Notes: generated by a model not told the origin, from the letters alone. A stretch of DNA of 64,000 nucleotides from an uncultured bacterium (GCA_964353855.1 CAYGWX010000001.1:139389-203388), one strand, 5' to 3'; counted from the first letter of the stretch, positions 5,809-16,620 are shown. Translations and numbers: made by a program.

Positions 5809-8640
5809 ATGAGAAAGGGTTTAGTGGTTCTGGCCTTGCTTTTGGCCGGCACGGCTTGGGGGGCGGAGGATCTTTCGCTTCCCGGCATTCACCAGGTGAC
5901 CGGGACGGCCCCGGACGGGGCGCTTCAAGTGAAGACGGTCCTGGTCCCGACCCCCGGGGCGGTCCCCAGGGTGCTGTCCTCGCAGCCGGCGCGGCTTGCG
6001 GCACCCGCGGCCCGCTCGGTGCTCGCGCCCCTGGACGTGATGGCTGCAGTCCCCTCGCCCTGGCCGCTCTCCCGCGAGACGCGGGGCGGGGCCGGGATTC
6101 TGGCCGCGATCCTCTGGGTGGACCGCGCCCACCAGTACGCCATCTCCAACAACATGGCCATCTCCGGGACCGGGCAGACCGTGCTCGCCGGCTGGTACCT
6201 GAACAACGAGCGAACCTCCTGCTACCGCATGTCCGGGGCCGGGACCCCGCTGTGGGTCTACAAGATGCCACGCAACGGGCTGTGGAGCAACAACGTCTGG
6301 GTCGGGGCCTCCGGGACCGGAGGGGTGCTCTCCGCGGTGACCTCCTCGGACGGGCCGACCTACAAGTGGGACGGCCCCTCCCCGATGCCCAGCTGGATGT
6401 ACAACAACGGCGACCCCGGCGCGGTCCTGGCTGTGTCCCGGGACGGCTCAAGGATCGCCGTGGCCTCCACCGGACTGAAGCTCTATGTTCTGAACGCCGC
6501 GACCGGGGACACGGTGCTCACCCGGCCCTACAATTCCACCCGCGGGCTCTACGGGGTGGACCTCTCCTCGGATGGCAGCGTGGTCACGATCTCGACCTAC
6601 GACTCCGTGGAGGTCTGGCGGAGCGGCGTGCGCGCCCCCAACGTCCCGAACTACGGCCAGACCCCGGCCAAGATCTCCGGGGACGGCAGCACCATCGTGA
6701 CCGGCGACTTCTCGGCCAGCGTGCGGACCTACCGCTGGAACGGGAGCTCCTACGCCTCCCTGTGGACCAGCAACACCGGCCATCCCTGGGTCACGGCCGT
6801 GGACATCTCCGCGGACGGGAACTGGGTCGTGGCCGGAACTTACCAGTACAGCCCCTCGAACATGGGCAAGGTGTTGTTCTACAACATCGGCTCCTCGACC
6901 CCGCGCTGGGAGTACAACAACTACCTGGACTACGTGGCCAGCGCAGCCGTGAGCGACACCGGAGCCTTCGCCATTGCCGGAAGCTGGGGGGACATCAACG
7001 GCTCGAGCGGGGACGTCATCTCGATCTTCGGCCGGGCGGATTCCATTCCCATTCTCGCTGTGCCTTCCAGCAGCGAGCCGGGCTCATCCTTCGCCGTGGA
7101 CATCGCCGGGGACGGGAGCTATGCCACAGCCGGGGGCAAGGCTGTGCATGCCCGGCAGATGGGGAACGGAGGCTACGTCTACGGCTTCCAGATCCGCACC
7201 TCCTCCACCCACGACGTGGCCTCGGCCAGCATTGACAGCCCCCCGGAGCTCCTCCAGGTCGGCCAGAGCTTCACTCCCCAGGCGACCTATTCCAACCCCG
7301 GAACCTCCACCGAAAGCTTCCCGGTGGCCCTGGAGATCTTCGACTCCCTGGGCACGCGGATCTACAACGCCTCGGGCAACGTCACGAGTCTGGCTCCCGG
7401 GGCAACCCAGCAGGTTTCCTTCTCGCCCAGCTGGACCGTACCCTCCCAGGGCTGGTTCCGGGTGCGGACCATCGCCCAGCTCTCCACGGACCAGTTCCGG
7501 GGAAACGACACCCTCGCCGCTGTCTCCCGGGCCTGGCACGACGTCGGGGTGCAGGCCATCTCGGCCCCCTTCGCGGAGATCACGATCAACTACGGCATGA
7601 ACCCGATCGGCAAGGTGGTGAACCTGGGGACCTACACCGAGGACTTCTCGGTCTACTGCTCCATCCGGGATTCCTTGAATTCTCTGGTCTACGCGGACAC
7701 GGTCCAGGTCTCCGGGCTGGCCCCTTACGCGACCACGAACGCGCCCTTCGCCCGGTCCTGGGCTCCGAGCCGGACCGGGACCTACACCGTGCGGGTCTAC
7801 ACCGCCCTGTCCGGGGACTACCGCCCCCAGAACGACGCCCTCCAATCCTCCTCGGTCTGCACCTACGAGATCATCTACGACGACGGGGGCTATGAATCCT
7901 TCTACTGGGTGGGCCGGCAGGACAACGACAAGTTCTACGTGCGCTACACGCCCACGGTCGCTCCGCCTTTGGACTTCACCCGCGGGCGGATCATGGTCAA
8001 CATGGCCAACACGCCCTTCGACTACGTGATGCTCTGCCCGGACGACGGGTCGGGCAAGCCGGACACGGCGAACCCCCTGCAGGTGGTGAACGACGTCCGC
8101 GCGCCCTCGGCCCCGGGCTGGATGACCTTCGACCTGAGCATCCACCGCACGACCTCCGCGGATGTCTGGATGGTGGCCCACTGGCCCCCCGGGTCCCCGG
8201 CCATGGGGATCGGCGCGGACATGGCCCAGCCCAGGGACAACCGCTCCTACTTCTCCTCCAACCAGGACACTTTCTATAGGTGGACTGCGCACGACTGGAT
8301 GATGCGGCTCCTGCAGTCCACGGCGGTCGGAGTGGAGGAACTGACTCCTTCCGGGATTCCGCTTCGCTTCGACCTGGCCCAGAACACCCCCAATCCCTGG
8401 AGGGCCGGGACGAAGATATCCTACGCCCTTCCTCACGAAGCGCAGGTATCGCTGCGGGTATACAATCCTACGGGGCAGTTAGTGCGTACCCTGGTGAACG
8501 GCAGGGAATCAGCCGGTTTTAAGCAGGCTGCCTGGGACGGCCGGGACGACTTCGGACGGCGGGTTCCCTCCGGCGTTTACTTCTACCGGCTCCAGGCCGG
8601 TTCCTTCCTGGAAGCCCGGAAGATGGTGTTGGTCAGATAG
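5809..8640 (+). CDS. Secreted WD40-like beta-propeller / CARDB-like Ig protein with FlgD-Ig/T9SS-like C-terminal domain
   Basis: Signal peptide MRKGLVVLALLLAGTAWG after AAGGAG; propeller repeats; HDV..NDT Ig repeats; PNP...WDGRD...SGVYFYRL. Confidence 0.85.
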   Translation: MRKGLVVLALLLAGTAWGAEDLSLPGIHQVTGTAPDGALQVKTVLVPTPGAVPRVLSSQPARLAAPAARSVLAPLDVMAAVPSPWPLSRETRGGAGILAAILWVDRAHQYAISNNMAISGTGQTVLAGWYLNNERTSCYRMSGAGTPLWVYKMPRNGLWSNNVWVGASGTGGVLSAVTSSDGPTYKWDGPSPMPSWMYNNGDPGAVLAVSRDGSRIAVASTGLKLYVLNAATGDTVLTRPYNSTRGLYGVDLSSDGSVVTISTYDSVEVWRSGVRAPNVPNYGQTPAKISGDGSTIVTGDFSASVRTYRWNGSSYASLWTSNTGHPWVTAVDISADGNWVVAGTYQYSPSNMGKVLFYNIGSSTPRWEYNNYLDYVASAAVSDTGAFAIAGSWGDINGSSGDVISIFGRADSIPILAVPSSSEPGSSFAVDIAGDGSYATAGGKAVHARQMGNGGYVYGFQIRTSSTHDVASASIDSPPELLQVGQSFTPQATYSNPGTSTESFPVALEIFDSLGTRIYNASGNVTSLAPGATQQVSFSPSWTVPSQGWFRVRTIAQLSTDQFRGNDTLAAVSRAWHDVGVQAISAPFAEITINYGMNPIGKVVNLGTYTEDFSVYCSIRDSLNSLVYADTVQVSGLAPYATTNAPFARSWAPSRTGTYTVRVYTALSGDYRPQNDALQSSSVCTYEIIYDDGGYESFYWVGRQDNDKFYVRYTPTVAPPLDFTRGRIMVNMANTPFDYVMLCPDDGSGKPDTANPLQVVNDVRAPSAPGWMTFDLSIHRTTSADVWMVAHWPPGSPAMGIGADMAQPRDNRSYFSSNQDTFYRWTAHDWMMRLLQSTAVGVEELTPSGIPLRFDLAQNTPNPWRAGTKISYALPHEAQVSLRVYNPTGQLVRTLVNGRESAGFKQAAWDGRDDFGRRVPSGVYFYRLQAGSFLEARKMVLVR

Positions 8641-8722
8641 CTTCCCGTCAACTTTTAGAGAGAGGAGGCCCCCGCTGGATGGCGAGGGCCTCCTCTAAAC
8701 CCAGGAACCCGCCTCCCTTTTT

Positions 8723-9091
8723 ATGGAGATCGTAAACCGCAACCGCGTCCAGGCTATCGTCACCAAGGACACCTCGGAGATCCGGGAGATCCTCGCCCCC
8801 CGCAACTCCGCAATCCAGCGCCAGAGTCTGGCCGAGGCCATTCTTCACACCGGCCAGGCCACTCAGGAGCATTACCATGCGACCTCTGAGGAGATCTACT
8901 ATGTTCTCCGGGGGACCGGCCGGATGCGCATCGAAGGGGAGACGAGGGACGTGGAGACCGGGGATGGCATCGCCATCCCTCCGGGCAAGGGCCACAAGCT
9001 CTGGAACACGGGGAGCGGAGACCTGGTCTTCCTCTGCCTCTGCGTCCCGCCCTACGAGCACGACGACACCGTGCTCACCGAAGGCTCGTGA
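8723..9091 (+). CDS. Cupin domain protein
   Basis: HYH...EEIYYVLRG...IPPGKGH.L.N cupin motifs. Confidence 0.85.
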   Translation: MEIVNRNRVQAIVTKDTSEIREILAPRNSAIQRQSLAEAILHTGQATQEHYHATSEEIYYVLRGTGRMRIEGETRDVETGDGIAIPPGKGHKLWNTGSGDLVFLCLCVPPYEHDDTVLTEGS

Positions 9092-9227
9092 TTTCTTAGG
9101 GGAGAACTTATCGGGGATATTAACCCGAGACCCGTCTCCCTGAGATGCGAAAAGGCCTCCCCGTCTCTTGACAGTGGGGGGGCATTGATGTTAAAATATC
9201 AGTTTCCCGACTGGAAGGAGATAAGGA

Positions 9228-10682
9228 TTGCCGCAAGCCCTGTCGTTTGAGTTGTCCTCTCCGGGCCGTAGGGGGGTCGCCCTGCCGGACCCCGACGTCC
9301 CGCCCAAGCCCGTTTCCTCCCTGGTCCCGGCGTCCCACCTCCGTCCCGAGGGCCCGGACCTTCCGGAGCTCTCCGAGCCGGACGCGATGCGCCACTTCGT
9401 GAACCTCTCCACCCTGAACCATCACGTGGACAAGGGATTTTATCCCCTGGGGTCCTGCACCATGAAGTACAACCCCAAGGTGAACGAGGATGTGGCCCGG
9501 CTGTGCGGGTTCGGAAACGCCCATCCCCTGCAGACGACCGAGACCGCCCAGGGGACGCTCCGCCTGATGCACGAGCTGGCCCGTGCCCTCTGCGAGATCG
9601 GAGGCCTGGACGAGGTGACTCTGCAGCCCGCGGCCGGAGCGCACGGGGAGATGACCGCGGTGAAGATGGTCCGGGCGTATCACGCCAAGCGGGGCAATCC
9701 CCGGAAGAAAATCCTCATCCCGGACTCCGCGCACGGCACCAACCCGGCCAGCGTGGCCATGACCGGATACCAGGCCGTGACCATACGGTCCAATGCCCAG
9801 GGCCTCCTGGACCCGGGGGAGGTCGCCCAGGCCATGGACGAGGAGGTGGCCTGCCTGATGGTCACCAACCCCAATACCCTGGGCCTGTTCGAAAAGGAGA
9901 TCACAAACGTCGCGGGGATCGTGCACGCCAAAGGCGGGCTGATGTACATGGACGGCGCCAACCTGAACGCCCTCCTGGGCATCGCGCGTCCCGGGGACAT
10001 GGGGTTCGACCTGGTTCATTTCAACCTGCACAAGACCTTCTCCACGCCCCATGGCGGGGGAGGGCCGGGGTCCGGCCCGGTCGGCGTCCAGAAAGGCCTC
10101 ATCCCCTTCCTGCCCGTGCCGAAAGTTAAGGTCAGGGGCCAGGGGGAATACTATCTCGATCACGCGGGCCCGGACTCCATCGGCAAGGTGCACGGGTTCT
10201 ACGGAAACTTCGCGATGATGGTCCGGGCCTACGCCTACATCCGCATCATGGGTGCGGCGGGATTGAATCAGGTCGCCCGCGACGCCATCCTGAACGCCAA
10301 CTATATCCTGGCGCAGCTAAAGGACACGTATCTCTTGCCCTACCCCGGGCCCTGCAAGCACGAGGTCGTGCTCTCCGGAGACTGGCAGAAAGACAGGCAC
10401 GGGGTGAAGACCCTGGACATCGCCAAGCGTCTCCTGGATTTCGGGTTCCATGCCCCGACGATCTACTTCCCGTTGATCGTGCACGAGGCCCTGATGATCG
10501 AGCCCACCGAGACCGAGAGCCGGGAGACGTTGGACGCCTTCATCGCGGCGATGAAAACCATCGCCCGGGAGGCCGAGAGCGATCCGGACAAGGTGAAGGC
10601 CGCGCCGCACAATACCCCGGTCTCCCGCCTGGATGAGGCCCGGGCCGCGCGGGACATGAACATCCGCTACCGGAAGGGATAG
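9228..10682 (+). CDS. gcvPB: Glycine dehydrogenase (decarboxylating) subunit 2
   Basis: [39 protein letters not shown] (PLP lysine), EPTETES. Confidence 0.95.
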   Translation: MPQALSFELSSPGRRGVALPDPDVPPKPVSSLVPASHLRPEGPDLPELSEPDAMRHFVNLSTLNHHVDKGFYPLGSCTMKYNPKVNEDVARLCGFGNAHPLQTTETAQGTLRLMHELARALCEIGGLDEVTLQPAAGAHGEMTAVKMVRAYHAKRGNPRKKILIPDSAHGTNPASVAMTGYQAVTIRSNAQGLLDPGEVAQAMDEEVACLMVTNPNTLGLFEKEITNVAGIVHAKGGLMYMDGANLNALLGIARPGDMGFDLVHFNLHKTFSTPHGGGGPGSGPVGVQKGLIPFLPVPKVKVRGQGEYYLDHAGPDSIGKVHGFYGNFAMMVRAYAYIRIMGAAGLNQVARDAILNANYILAQLKDTYLLPYPGPCKHEVVLSGDWQKDRHGVKTLDIAKRLLDFGFHAPTIYFPLIVHEALMIEPTETESRETLDAFIAAMKTIAREAESDPDKVKAAPHNTPVSRLDEARAARDMNIRYRKG

Positions 10683-10683
10683 C

Positions 10684-11043
10684 TTGCCCAACTGGGGCGG
10701 GGCTTTCGAAGAAACCCCCTGGTCGGTTTCTCCCGAGAGACAGAAGGCGCTCATCGAGAAGCTGGCGACCAAGATCGTGGAGATGCGCCTCACCGCTCCG
10801 GCCATCTTCCTTCTGGAATCGTCCAAGCCGCTCTCCTTCCTCGGCAGCCAGGCCCTGGTCTTCCTCCAGCCGGTGGTTCAGGCCGTGTTCCCGTTCAAGG
10901 AATACCAGGAGATCGCGGTCATGCTCGAGGAGCGGGAGAACGTGGAAAGACTGATCGTCGAGATCGAGAGACAGGACGCCGGGGAGAAGGCACCGGGAAA
11001 GAAGGAAACGAATCCACCATCCAGCGAAGGGAAAGCGTCATGA
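10684..11043 (+). CDS. Conserved hypothetical protein
   Basis: Coupled to gcvPB stop; host-like codon usage; PAIFLLESSKPL motif. Confidence 0.75.
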   Translation: MPNWGGAFEETPWSVSPERQKALIEKLATKIVEMRLTAPAIFLLESSKPLSFLGSQALVFLQPVVQAVFPFKEYQEIAVMLEERENVERLIVEIERQDAGEKAPGKKETNPPSSEGKAS

Positions 11044-11354
11044 CCAAGGCTACAGCGAAAGGGTTCTTGCGGGACCACTTCAAAAGGAGAGGGTACCTCA
11101 AGATCAAGAAGCCCTCGCGCACCTCTCACGGAAGCTATGAGCTGCGCTTCTCCACCTCCCTCCCCAAGGAGAAGGCCAAAGTCCTGGAAGCGATGAAGGC
11201 CCTGGGCTTCACGCCCGGCCGGGCCTTCGCCAAGCACTCCCAGACCATCGTGCCCTATTACGGGGCGGAGCAGGTGGAGGCCTTCAAGAAGATGGTGGGC
11301 GTGCGCAAGAAAGCGGCGGCCCCTAAGCGCAAGCGCTTCGGGCGCAGGCGTTAA
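11040..11354 (+). CDS. Small basic hypothetical protein
   Basis: ATGA overlap with upstream gene; K/R-rich. Confidence 0.7.
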   Translation: MTKATAKGFLRDHFKRRGYLKIKKPSRTSHGSYELRFSTSLPKEKAKVLEAMKALGFTPGRAFAKHSQTIVPYYGAEQVEAFKKMVGVRKKAAAPKRKRFGRRR

Positions 11355-11384
11355 ATCATCACGGCGTCCTCTCGAGGAGAAGGC

Positions 11385-13190
11385 ATGAACCTGGATCCCA
11401 ACAAGATTCAATCCATCCTGGCCACGGACTGCGGCTCGACCACGACCAAGGCGATCCTGATCGAGAAACAGGGCGAGAGCTACCGCCTGATCGTGCGCGG
11501 CGAAGCCCCGACCACGGTGGAGGCCCCGTTCGAGGACGTGACCAAGGGGGTCCTGAACGCGGTCCGGGAAGTCGAGGAGCTGGCCGGGCGCAAGATCCTG
11601 GAAGGCGAGCGGATCGTCACGCCCCAGGCGGGCAAGGAGGGCGTGGACCTCTATCTCTCCACCTCCTCGGCCGGAGGGGGCCTGCAGATGATGGTCGCGG
11701 GCGTGGTCAAGACGATGACCGCGGAGAGCGCGGCCCGCGCGGCCCTCGGGGCCGGGGCGATCGTGATGGACACCCTGGCCAGCAACGACGGCCGCCTGCC
11801 CCACGAGCGCATCGAGCGCATCCGCACCCTGCGGCCGGACATGATCCTCCTCTCGGGGGGGATCGACGGGGGCACGATCACGCACGTGGTGGAGATGGCC
11901 GAGCTGATCGCGGCCGCAGACCCCAAGCCGAGGTTCGGGACCGGATACGAACTTCCGGTGATCTACGCCGGAAACAAGGACGCCCGCGGGGCTGTGGAAA
12001 AGACCCTCTCGGCCAAATCGGCCCTGAAGACCGTGGACAACCTGCGGCCGGTGCTGGAGCGGGAGAACCTGGCTCCGGCGCGGAACGCGATCCACGACCT
12101 GTTCATGGAGCACGTGATGGCCCACGCCCCGGGGTACAAGAAGCTGATGTCCTGGACCCCGGTGCCGATCATGCCCACGCCCGGGGCCGTGGGATTGATC
12201 ATCCAGACCGTGGCCGAGCGGGAGAAGATCACGGCCGTGGGGGTGGACATCGGCGGGGCTACCACGGACGTGTTCTCGGTGTTCCAGAACGTCTTCAACC
12301 GGACCGTGTCCGCGAACCTGGGGATGAGCTATTCCATCTCCAACGTGCTGGCCGAGACCGGCCTGGCGAACATCCTGCGCTGGGTGCCGTTCGAGATGGA
12401 CGAAGCCGACCTGCGGAACCGCATCCGCAACAAGATGATCCGCCCGACCACCATCCCGCAGTCCCTGCAGGAGCTCGAGATCGAGCAGGCCATCGCCCGG
12501 GAGGCCCTGCGGCTGGCCTTCATCCAGCACAAGAGCATGGCCGTGGGCCTGAAGGGGGTGCAGCAGGAGCGCACGATCTCGGACGCCTTCGACCAGACGG
12601 CCACGGGCGAGACCCTGATCAACATGATGGACCTGAACATCCTCATCGGGTCGGGCGGGGTCCTGTCCCACGCCCCGCGGAGGGCGCAGTCGGCCCTGAT
12701 GATGATCGACGCCTTCGCCACCTGCGGGGTGACCATGCTGGCCGTGGACTCGATCTTCATGGCCCCGCAGCTGGGCGTGCTCTCCACCGTCCATCCCCAG
12801 GCGGCCACCGAGGTCTTCGACAAGGACTGCCTGATCCGGCTGGGAAGCTCGGTGTGCGCGGTAGGCGAGGGAAAGGAGGGGACGACGCCCTGCTTCAAGA
12901 TCAAGATCACCCGCCCCAGCGGGGAGGTCCTGGAAGGGACGGTCAACGCCGGGCAAATGGCGCTCCTCCCGCTCCCGGTCCTGGAGAAAGCCAGGGCCGT
13001 GATCGAGCCGTCCCGGAACTTCGACCTGGGCGCCGGCAAGGGAAAGGTCCTGGAGACCGAGGTGGAAGGCGGGGTGGTGGGCGTCGTCCTGGACGGCCGG
13101 GGACGGCCGCTGGTCCTGCCCGAGGACAGGGCGAAGCGGGTCCAGAAACTGCAGGAGTGGAACAAGGCCCTGAACATCTACCCCGGTTAA
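11385..13190 (+). CDS. glmL: GlmL/MutL (glutamate mutase L)-like ASKHA ATPase
   Basis: DCGSTTTKA and DIGGATTDV phosphate motifs, STSSAGGGL, MPTPGAV, RTVSANLGM. Confidence 0.8.
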   Translation: MNLDPNKIQSILATDCGSTTTKAILIEKQGESYRLIVRGEAPTTVEAPFEDVTKGVLNAVREVEELAGRKILEGERIVTPQAGKEGVDLYLSTSSAGGGLQMMVAGVVKTMTAESAARAALGAGAIVMDTLASNDGRLPHERIERIRTLRPDMILLSGGIDGGTITHVVEMAELIAAADPKPRFGTGYELPVIYAGNKDARGAVEKTLSAKSALKTVDNLRPVLERENLAPARNAIHDLFMEHVMAHAPGYKKLMSWTPVPIMPTPGAVGLIIQTVAEREKITAVGVDIGGATTDVFSVFQNVFNRTVSANLGMSYSISNVLAETGLANILRWVPFEMDEADLRNRIRNKMIRPTTIPQSLQELEIEQAIAREALRLAFIQHKSMAVGLKGVQQERTISDAFDQTATGETLINMMDLNILIGSGGVLSHAPRRAQSALMMIDAFATCGVTMLAVDSIFMAPQLGVLSTVHPQAATEVFDKDCLIRLGSSVCAVGEGKEGTTPCFKIKITRPSGEVLEGTVNAGQMALLPLPVLEKARAVIEPSRNFDLGAGKGKVLETEVEGGVVGVVLDGRGRPLVLPEDRAKRVQKLQEWNKALNIYPG

Positions 13191-13272
13191 TGGGACTCCT
13201 CCATGTCTGATAAAATGGATCTGGCTCTCAGCCCGATGATCAACATCCCACAGCCCACAGCCAACAACTGAA

Positions 13273-14157
13273 ATGCCCATCCGGATCCAGGGAACGCCAT
13301 GGCCCAAGGAGATGGAGGTCTTCCTGCAGGAGACCAAGCGGCAGGCCTTCGTCTGCCTGACGCACATCGTCCAGCCCACGGTGGAGCTCCTGCTCGAAAA
13401 CCTCCCGCCCCGGGTGAAGCTCCGGGTGCTGGTCCGGATCGACAAGATCACCCTGCACGCCGAAAGCCTGAAGCGGCTCATCGACCGCCCGAACTGCGAG
13501 GTGCGGGTCCTGAAGAACCTGAACAGCAAGATCTACCTCCTGGACGGGGAGCTGGCGGTCTTGGCGGGCTCGAACCTGACCCGGGACGGGCTGGAGCACA
13601 ACGTGTCCTTCGACGTCGTGGTGGACGACCGCAAGGCGGCCGGGGAGCTCCTCGCCCGGCTGGAGCAGTACTGGAAGAATGCCGAGGAGGTGAAGGACGT
13701 CTCCGCGGCCCTCCAAAGCAAGAGCCAGGCTTACGGGGCCTGGGTGGACCCGCTCCGGGCCAAGGCCATCGAGTTCCTCTCCTACGAGGACGTGCTGGTG
13801 GAGAGGCTGCGGACCAAGCTCGCGGAGAACCCGGACGATGCCGGCTCCCATCGCCGTCTGGGCGACCTGCTCCGCATCCGGGGCGACCGGGTCGCAGCCA
13901 TGGAGGCCTACCGCCGGGCCCTGAGCCTGGATGAGGACCTGAACGAGGCCCGGGTCTCTCTGGCGAAGTGCCTCTGGGAGCACGGCGACCCGGAGCACTG
14001 CCTGGAGGAGGTCTTCGAGGTCCTGAAAAGGGACAAGGCCAACGCCGACGCCTACTACCTGTCCGCCATCGTCTATGAGAAGCGGGGGGAGGAGTCCATG
14101 GCCGTGGCCGCCCGCAAGGAGTACGAACGGCTGTCCGGAGGCAAAGCCTCGGCTTAA
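13273..14157 (+). CDS. PLD-like domain (degenerate HKD) plus TPR protein
   Basis: LNSKIYLLD...GSNLT resembles HxKxxxxD...GSxN; C-terminal TPR-like helices. Confidence 0.7.
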   Translation: MPIRIQGTPWPKEMEVFLQETKRQAFVCLTHIVQPTVELLLENLPPRVKLRVLVRIDKITLHAESLKRLIDRPNCEVRVLKNLNSKIYLLDGELAVLAGSNLTRDGLEHNVSFDVVVDDRKAAGELLARLEQYWKNAEEVKDVSAALQSKSQAYGAWVDPLRAKAIEFLSYEDVLVERLRTKLAENPDDAGSHRRLGDLLRIRGDRVAAMEAYRRALSLDEDLNEARVSLAKCLWEHGDPEHCLEEVFEVLKRDKANADAYYLSAIVYEKRGEESMAVAARKEYERLSGGKASA

Positions 14158-14222
14158 CAAGATAAGAAATGATCGATTTCCAGGGTCCTCTTACTAATCT
14201 GTCTAAGGGAGTTTAACCGCAC

Positions 14223-15350
14223 ATGGCTCATGCATATACCCCCGGTCTCCGCGTGACGGAACGCACCGTGCTCCGCAAGGAGCGCCGGCTTCCCCTCAAG
14301 GGCGAGGTGGTGGTCAAGGAGGGGCAGGAGGTCAAGGCCGAGACCATTGTGGCCAAGACCAACCTGCCGGGGTCGGTCCAGACCGTGAACGTGGCCGGGA
14401 TCCTGGGCATCCTGCCCGAGGACGTCTCCGAGTCCATGCTCAAGAAGGTCGGGGACCCGGTCGCCAAGAACGAGGCCATCGCCCAGAGCAAGGGGTTCTT
14501 CGGGCTGTTCAAGTCGCAGTGCAAGGCCCCGGCCGCCGGGACCATCGAGAACGTCTCCACGATCACCGGGCAGGTCATCCTGAGGGAGCCGCCCCTGCCG
14601 GTGGAGATCGCGGCCTACATCGACGGCAAGGTCGTGGAAGTCATCCCCCAGGAGGGGGTGGTGATGGAGACGACCGCGGCCTTCGTGCAGGGCATCTTCG
14701 GGGTGGGAGGCGAGACCACGGGCATCATCGCCATGGCCACGGACGACCCCAAGAGCGTGCTCAGCCCTGAGATGATCAAACCCGAGCACAAGGGCCGGAT
14801 CGTGGTCGGCGGGGCGTTCGTCACCTCCCCCTCCATCGCCCGGGGCATCGAGGTCGGGGCCAAGGCCATCGTGGTGGGCGGGATAGACGACGCGGACCTG
14901 AGGGAGTTCCTGGGCTACGACATCGGGGTCGCCATCACCGGCTCGGAGAAGAAGGGCATCACCCTGGTCATCACCGAGGGGTTCGGAAAGATGGCCATGG
15001 CCCACCGGACCTTCGACCTCCTCAAGTCCAAGCAGGGCTTGAAGGCCTCGGTGAACGGGGCCACCCAGATCAGGGCCGGGGTGATGCGGCCCGAGGTCAT
15101 CGTGCCGCTCATCGGAGCCGGCGCGGTCGCCCGGCCGGACGGCCTGGATGCGGTGCAGGGACTGACCGAGGGCAGCCCGGTAAGGGTCATCCGCGAGCCG
15201 TACTTCGGAAGGCTGGGAAAGGTGAGCGCCCTGCCCTCGGAGCTGCAGAAGCTGGAGACCGAGTCCCACGCCCGGGTCCTGGAGGTGGAGTTCGAGGACG
15301 GCAAACGGGCCATCGTCCCCAGAGCGAACGTGGAAATGATAGAAGGGTAA
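14223..15350 (+). CDS. Conserved hypothetical protein with barrel-sandwich-like motifs and KOW-like C-terminus
   Basis: VKEGQEVKAETIVA, KKVGDPVAKNEAIA, KAPAAGTIENV; C-terminal GSPVRVIREPYFGRLGKV. Confidence 0.85.
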   Translation: MAHAYTPGLRVTERTVLRKERRLPLKGEVVVKEGQEVKAETIVAKTNLPGSVQTVNVAGILGILPEDVSESMLKKVGDPVAKNEAIAQSKGFFGLFKSQCKAPAAGTIENVSTITGQVILREPPLPVEIAAYIDGKVVEVIPQEGVVMETTAAFVQGIFGVGGETTGIIAMATDDPKSVLSPEMIKPEHKGRIVVGGAFVTSPSIARGIEVGAKAIVVGGIDDADLREFLGYDIGVAITGSEKKGITLVITEGFGKMAMAHRTFDLLKSKQGLKASVNGATQIRAGVMRPEVIVPLIGAGAVARPDGLDAVQGLTEGSPVRVIREPYFGRLGKVSALPSELQKLETESHARVLEVEFEDGKRAIVPRANVEMIEG

Positions 15351-15368
15351 CACCAGACCTGTCATATA

Positions 15369-15399
15369 AAGGGGATGCCCCAAGGGCATCCCCTTGTTC
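15369..15399 (+). terminator. Intrinsic terminator
   Basis: aaggggatgccc-caa-gggcatcccctt. Confidence 0.7.
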
Positions 15400-15414
15400 A
15401 TTGGAATAAAAGGT

Positions 15415-15543
15415 CAACAAAGTTAACCTCCATTTTTTAAAAGACTTAGAGGTAGACTTTTAAAACCCAGCCCTCCTCAAAGCCACCCTCTTTAAAGCGT
15501 AACCCAAAGCAAACCAACATGCTGTACGAACACATCCCAAGGT
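15415..15543 (+). promoter_or_regulatory. Conserved leader of repeated module, copy 2
   Basis: Gap-free colinear with 118-246. Confidence 0.7.
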
Positions 15544-15653
15544 GGTCTCACGGTGTTCTGACGGTCTTCCGACGGTGTTCTGGCGGTATTCTGGCGGTGT
15601 TCCGGCGGTATTCTCGCGGTATTCAGGCGGTATTCCCGAGGTCTTCCCTCGGT
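15544..15653. repeat. 11-bp tandem array, 10 units, consensus nTTCnnnCGGT
   Basis: ggtctcacggt gttctgacggt cttccgacggt gttctggcggt attctggcggt gttccggcggt attctcgcggt attcaggcggt attcccgaggt cttccctcggt. Confidence 0.9.
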
Positions 15654-15706
15654 TTGCTCCAACGATTTTGTCACCTCTGAGGAGTAAAAATTTAATGCTT
15701 AGGTAC

Positions 15707-15737
15707 TTGACAAAGGAATGGTAAACACGATTATAAT
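15707..15737 (+). promoter_or_regulatory. Sigma70-like promoter with 19-bp spacer, copy 2
   Basis: TTGACA-aaggaatggtaaacacgat-TATAAT. Confidence 0.7.
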
Positions 15738-15788
15738 AGGGATGTGAAAAGTGAAGCGTGAAATGTGAAAGGTAGAAAGGAGTAAAAG

Positions 15789-16436
15789 ATGGCAAAGGTA
15801 AGAGCGCCGTTACACAGCATGGACCTGCGGGGAAGGATGGCCGACGGGTTCGTGTTCTCGGACTGGAAGGGCATCCCCTGGATGAGGACCTTCATCATGC
15901 CCAGCCAGCCCAGGACCGCAAGGAGGGAAGCGATGTGGGCCACCTTCCCCAAGGTCAGTCGGGAATGGGCCAAGCTCACGGATTCGGACCGGACCAGGTG
16001 GGACGAGTTCGCCGTCCTGATCAAGCCCATGAACCACACCCTGGGACGAAAAGGCAACTGGTCGGGTTTCGACGCCTACGTGTCCATGAACACCGTCCTG
16101 GGAGACGCGGGACTGGCCCTCGTCACCCTGCCCCCGGCACTGCCCCTGCCCAACCCGCTGGAGAGGTTCAGACTCAGAAACCCAGCCCCGGGAGTCGTCA
16201 GAATAAGGTGGGAGCTGTTACCAGCCGGGACCCTCGTAGACCTCTGGCTCAACCAAACCAAAGCCTCCCGCAAAGCCTACCCCTCCAAGTTCAACCACCT
16301 GGTCTATGCCGACGGCACCACCGGCCTCCACGTCCTCACCGGAATCCCAGCCGGAATGAGGGTGGCCGTGAAAGGAAGGGTCGTAAGGCCGGATGGAGGA
16401 AAGTCGTATTACGTGCAGGCGGAGATCATAGTCTAA
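15789..16436 (+). CDS. Hypothetical basic protein, module protein copy 2
   Basis: 215 aa, colinear paralogue of 536-1183. Confidence 0.85.
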   Translation: MAKVRAPLHSMDLRGRMADGFVFSDWKGIPWMRTFIMPSQPRTARREAMWATFPKVSREWAKLTDSDRTRWDEFAVLIKPMNHTLGRKGNWSGFDAYVSMNTVLGDAGLALVTLPPALPLPNPLERFRLRNPAPGVVRIRWELLPAGTLVDLWLNQTKASRKAYPSKFNHLVYADGTTGLHVLTGIPAGMRVAVKGRVVRPDGGKSYYVQAEIIV

Positions 16437-16442
16437 CCCCCC

Positions 16443-16472
16443 TTGACAGGAAGCCCGCGCTTCTGATATAGT
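16443..16472 (+). promoter_or_regulatory. Sigma70-like promoter of putative ncRNA, copy 2
   Basis: TTGACA-N18-TATAGT. Confidence 0.7.
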
Positions 16473-16478
16473 AAGGCC

Positions 16479-16620
16479 ACAACAAGGCAGCCAAGCAGGG
16501 AGTCAGACAAACCTGGTTGAGGAGGAAGCCTTCAATGAATCAGACGCTGGAAGAAGCCCCGGAAACGGGGCGGGTGAAGAAGAGAAGCCATCACCCAACA
16601 CCCAGCGTCCTTTCCTTTGC
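16479..16620 (+). ncRNA. Putative structured non-coding RNA, copy 2
   Basis: Same stems as 1297-1440; loops GAAA vs TTTC and agaagagaagcca vs aagacagctaaca. Confidence 0.6.

Noticed and set aside
10878-13529. Long minus-strand ORFs (883 aa here; also 28412-30118, 50939-52897 and others)
   Set aside because: Antisense shadows of GC-rich genes with clear + strand motifs
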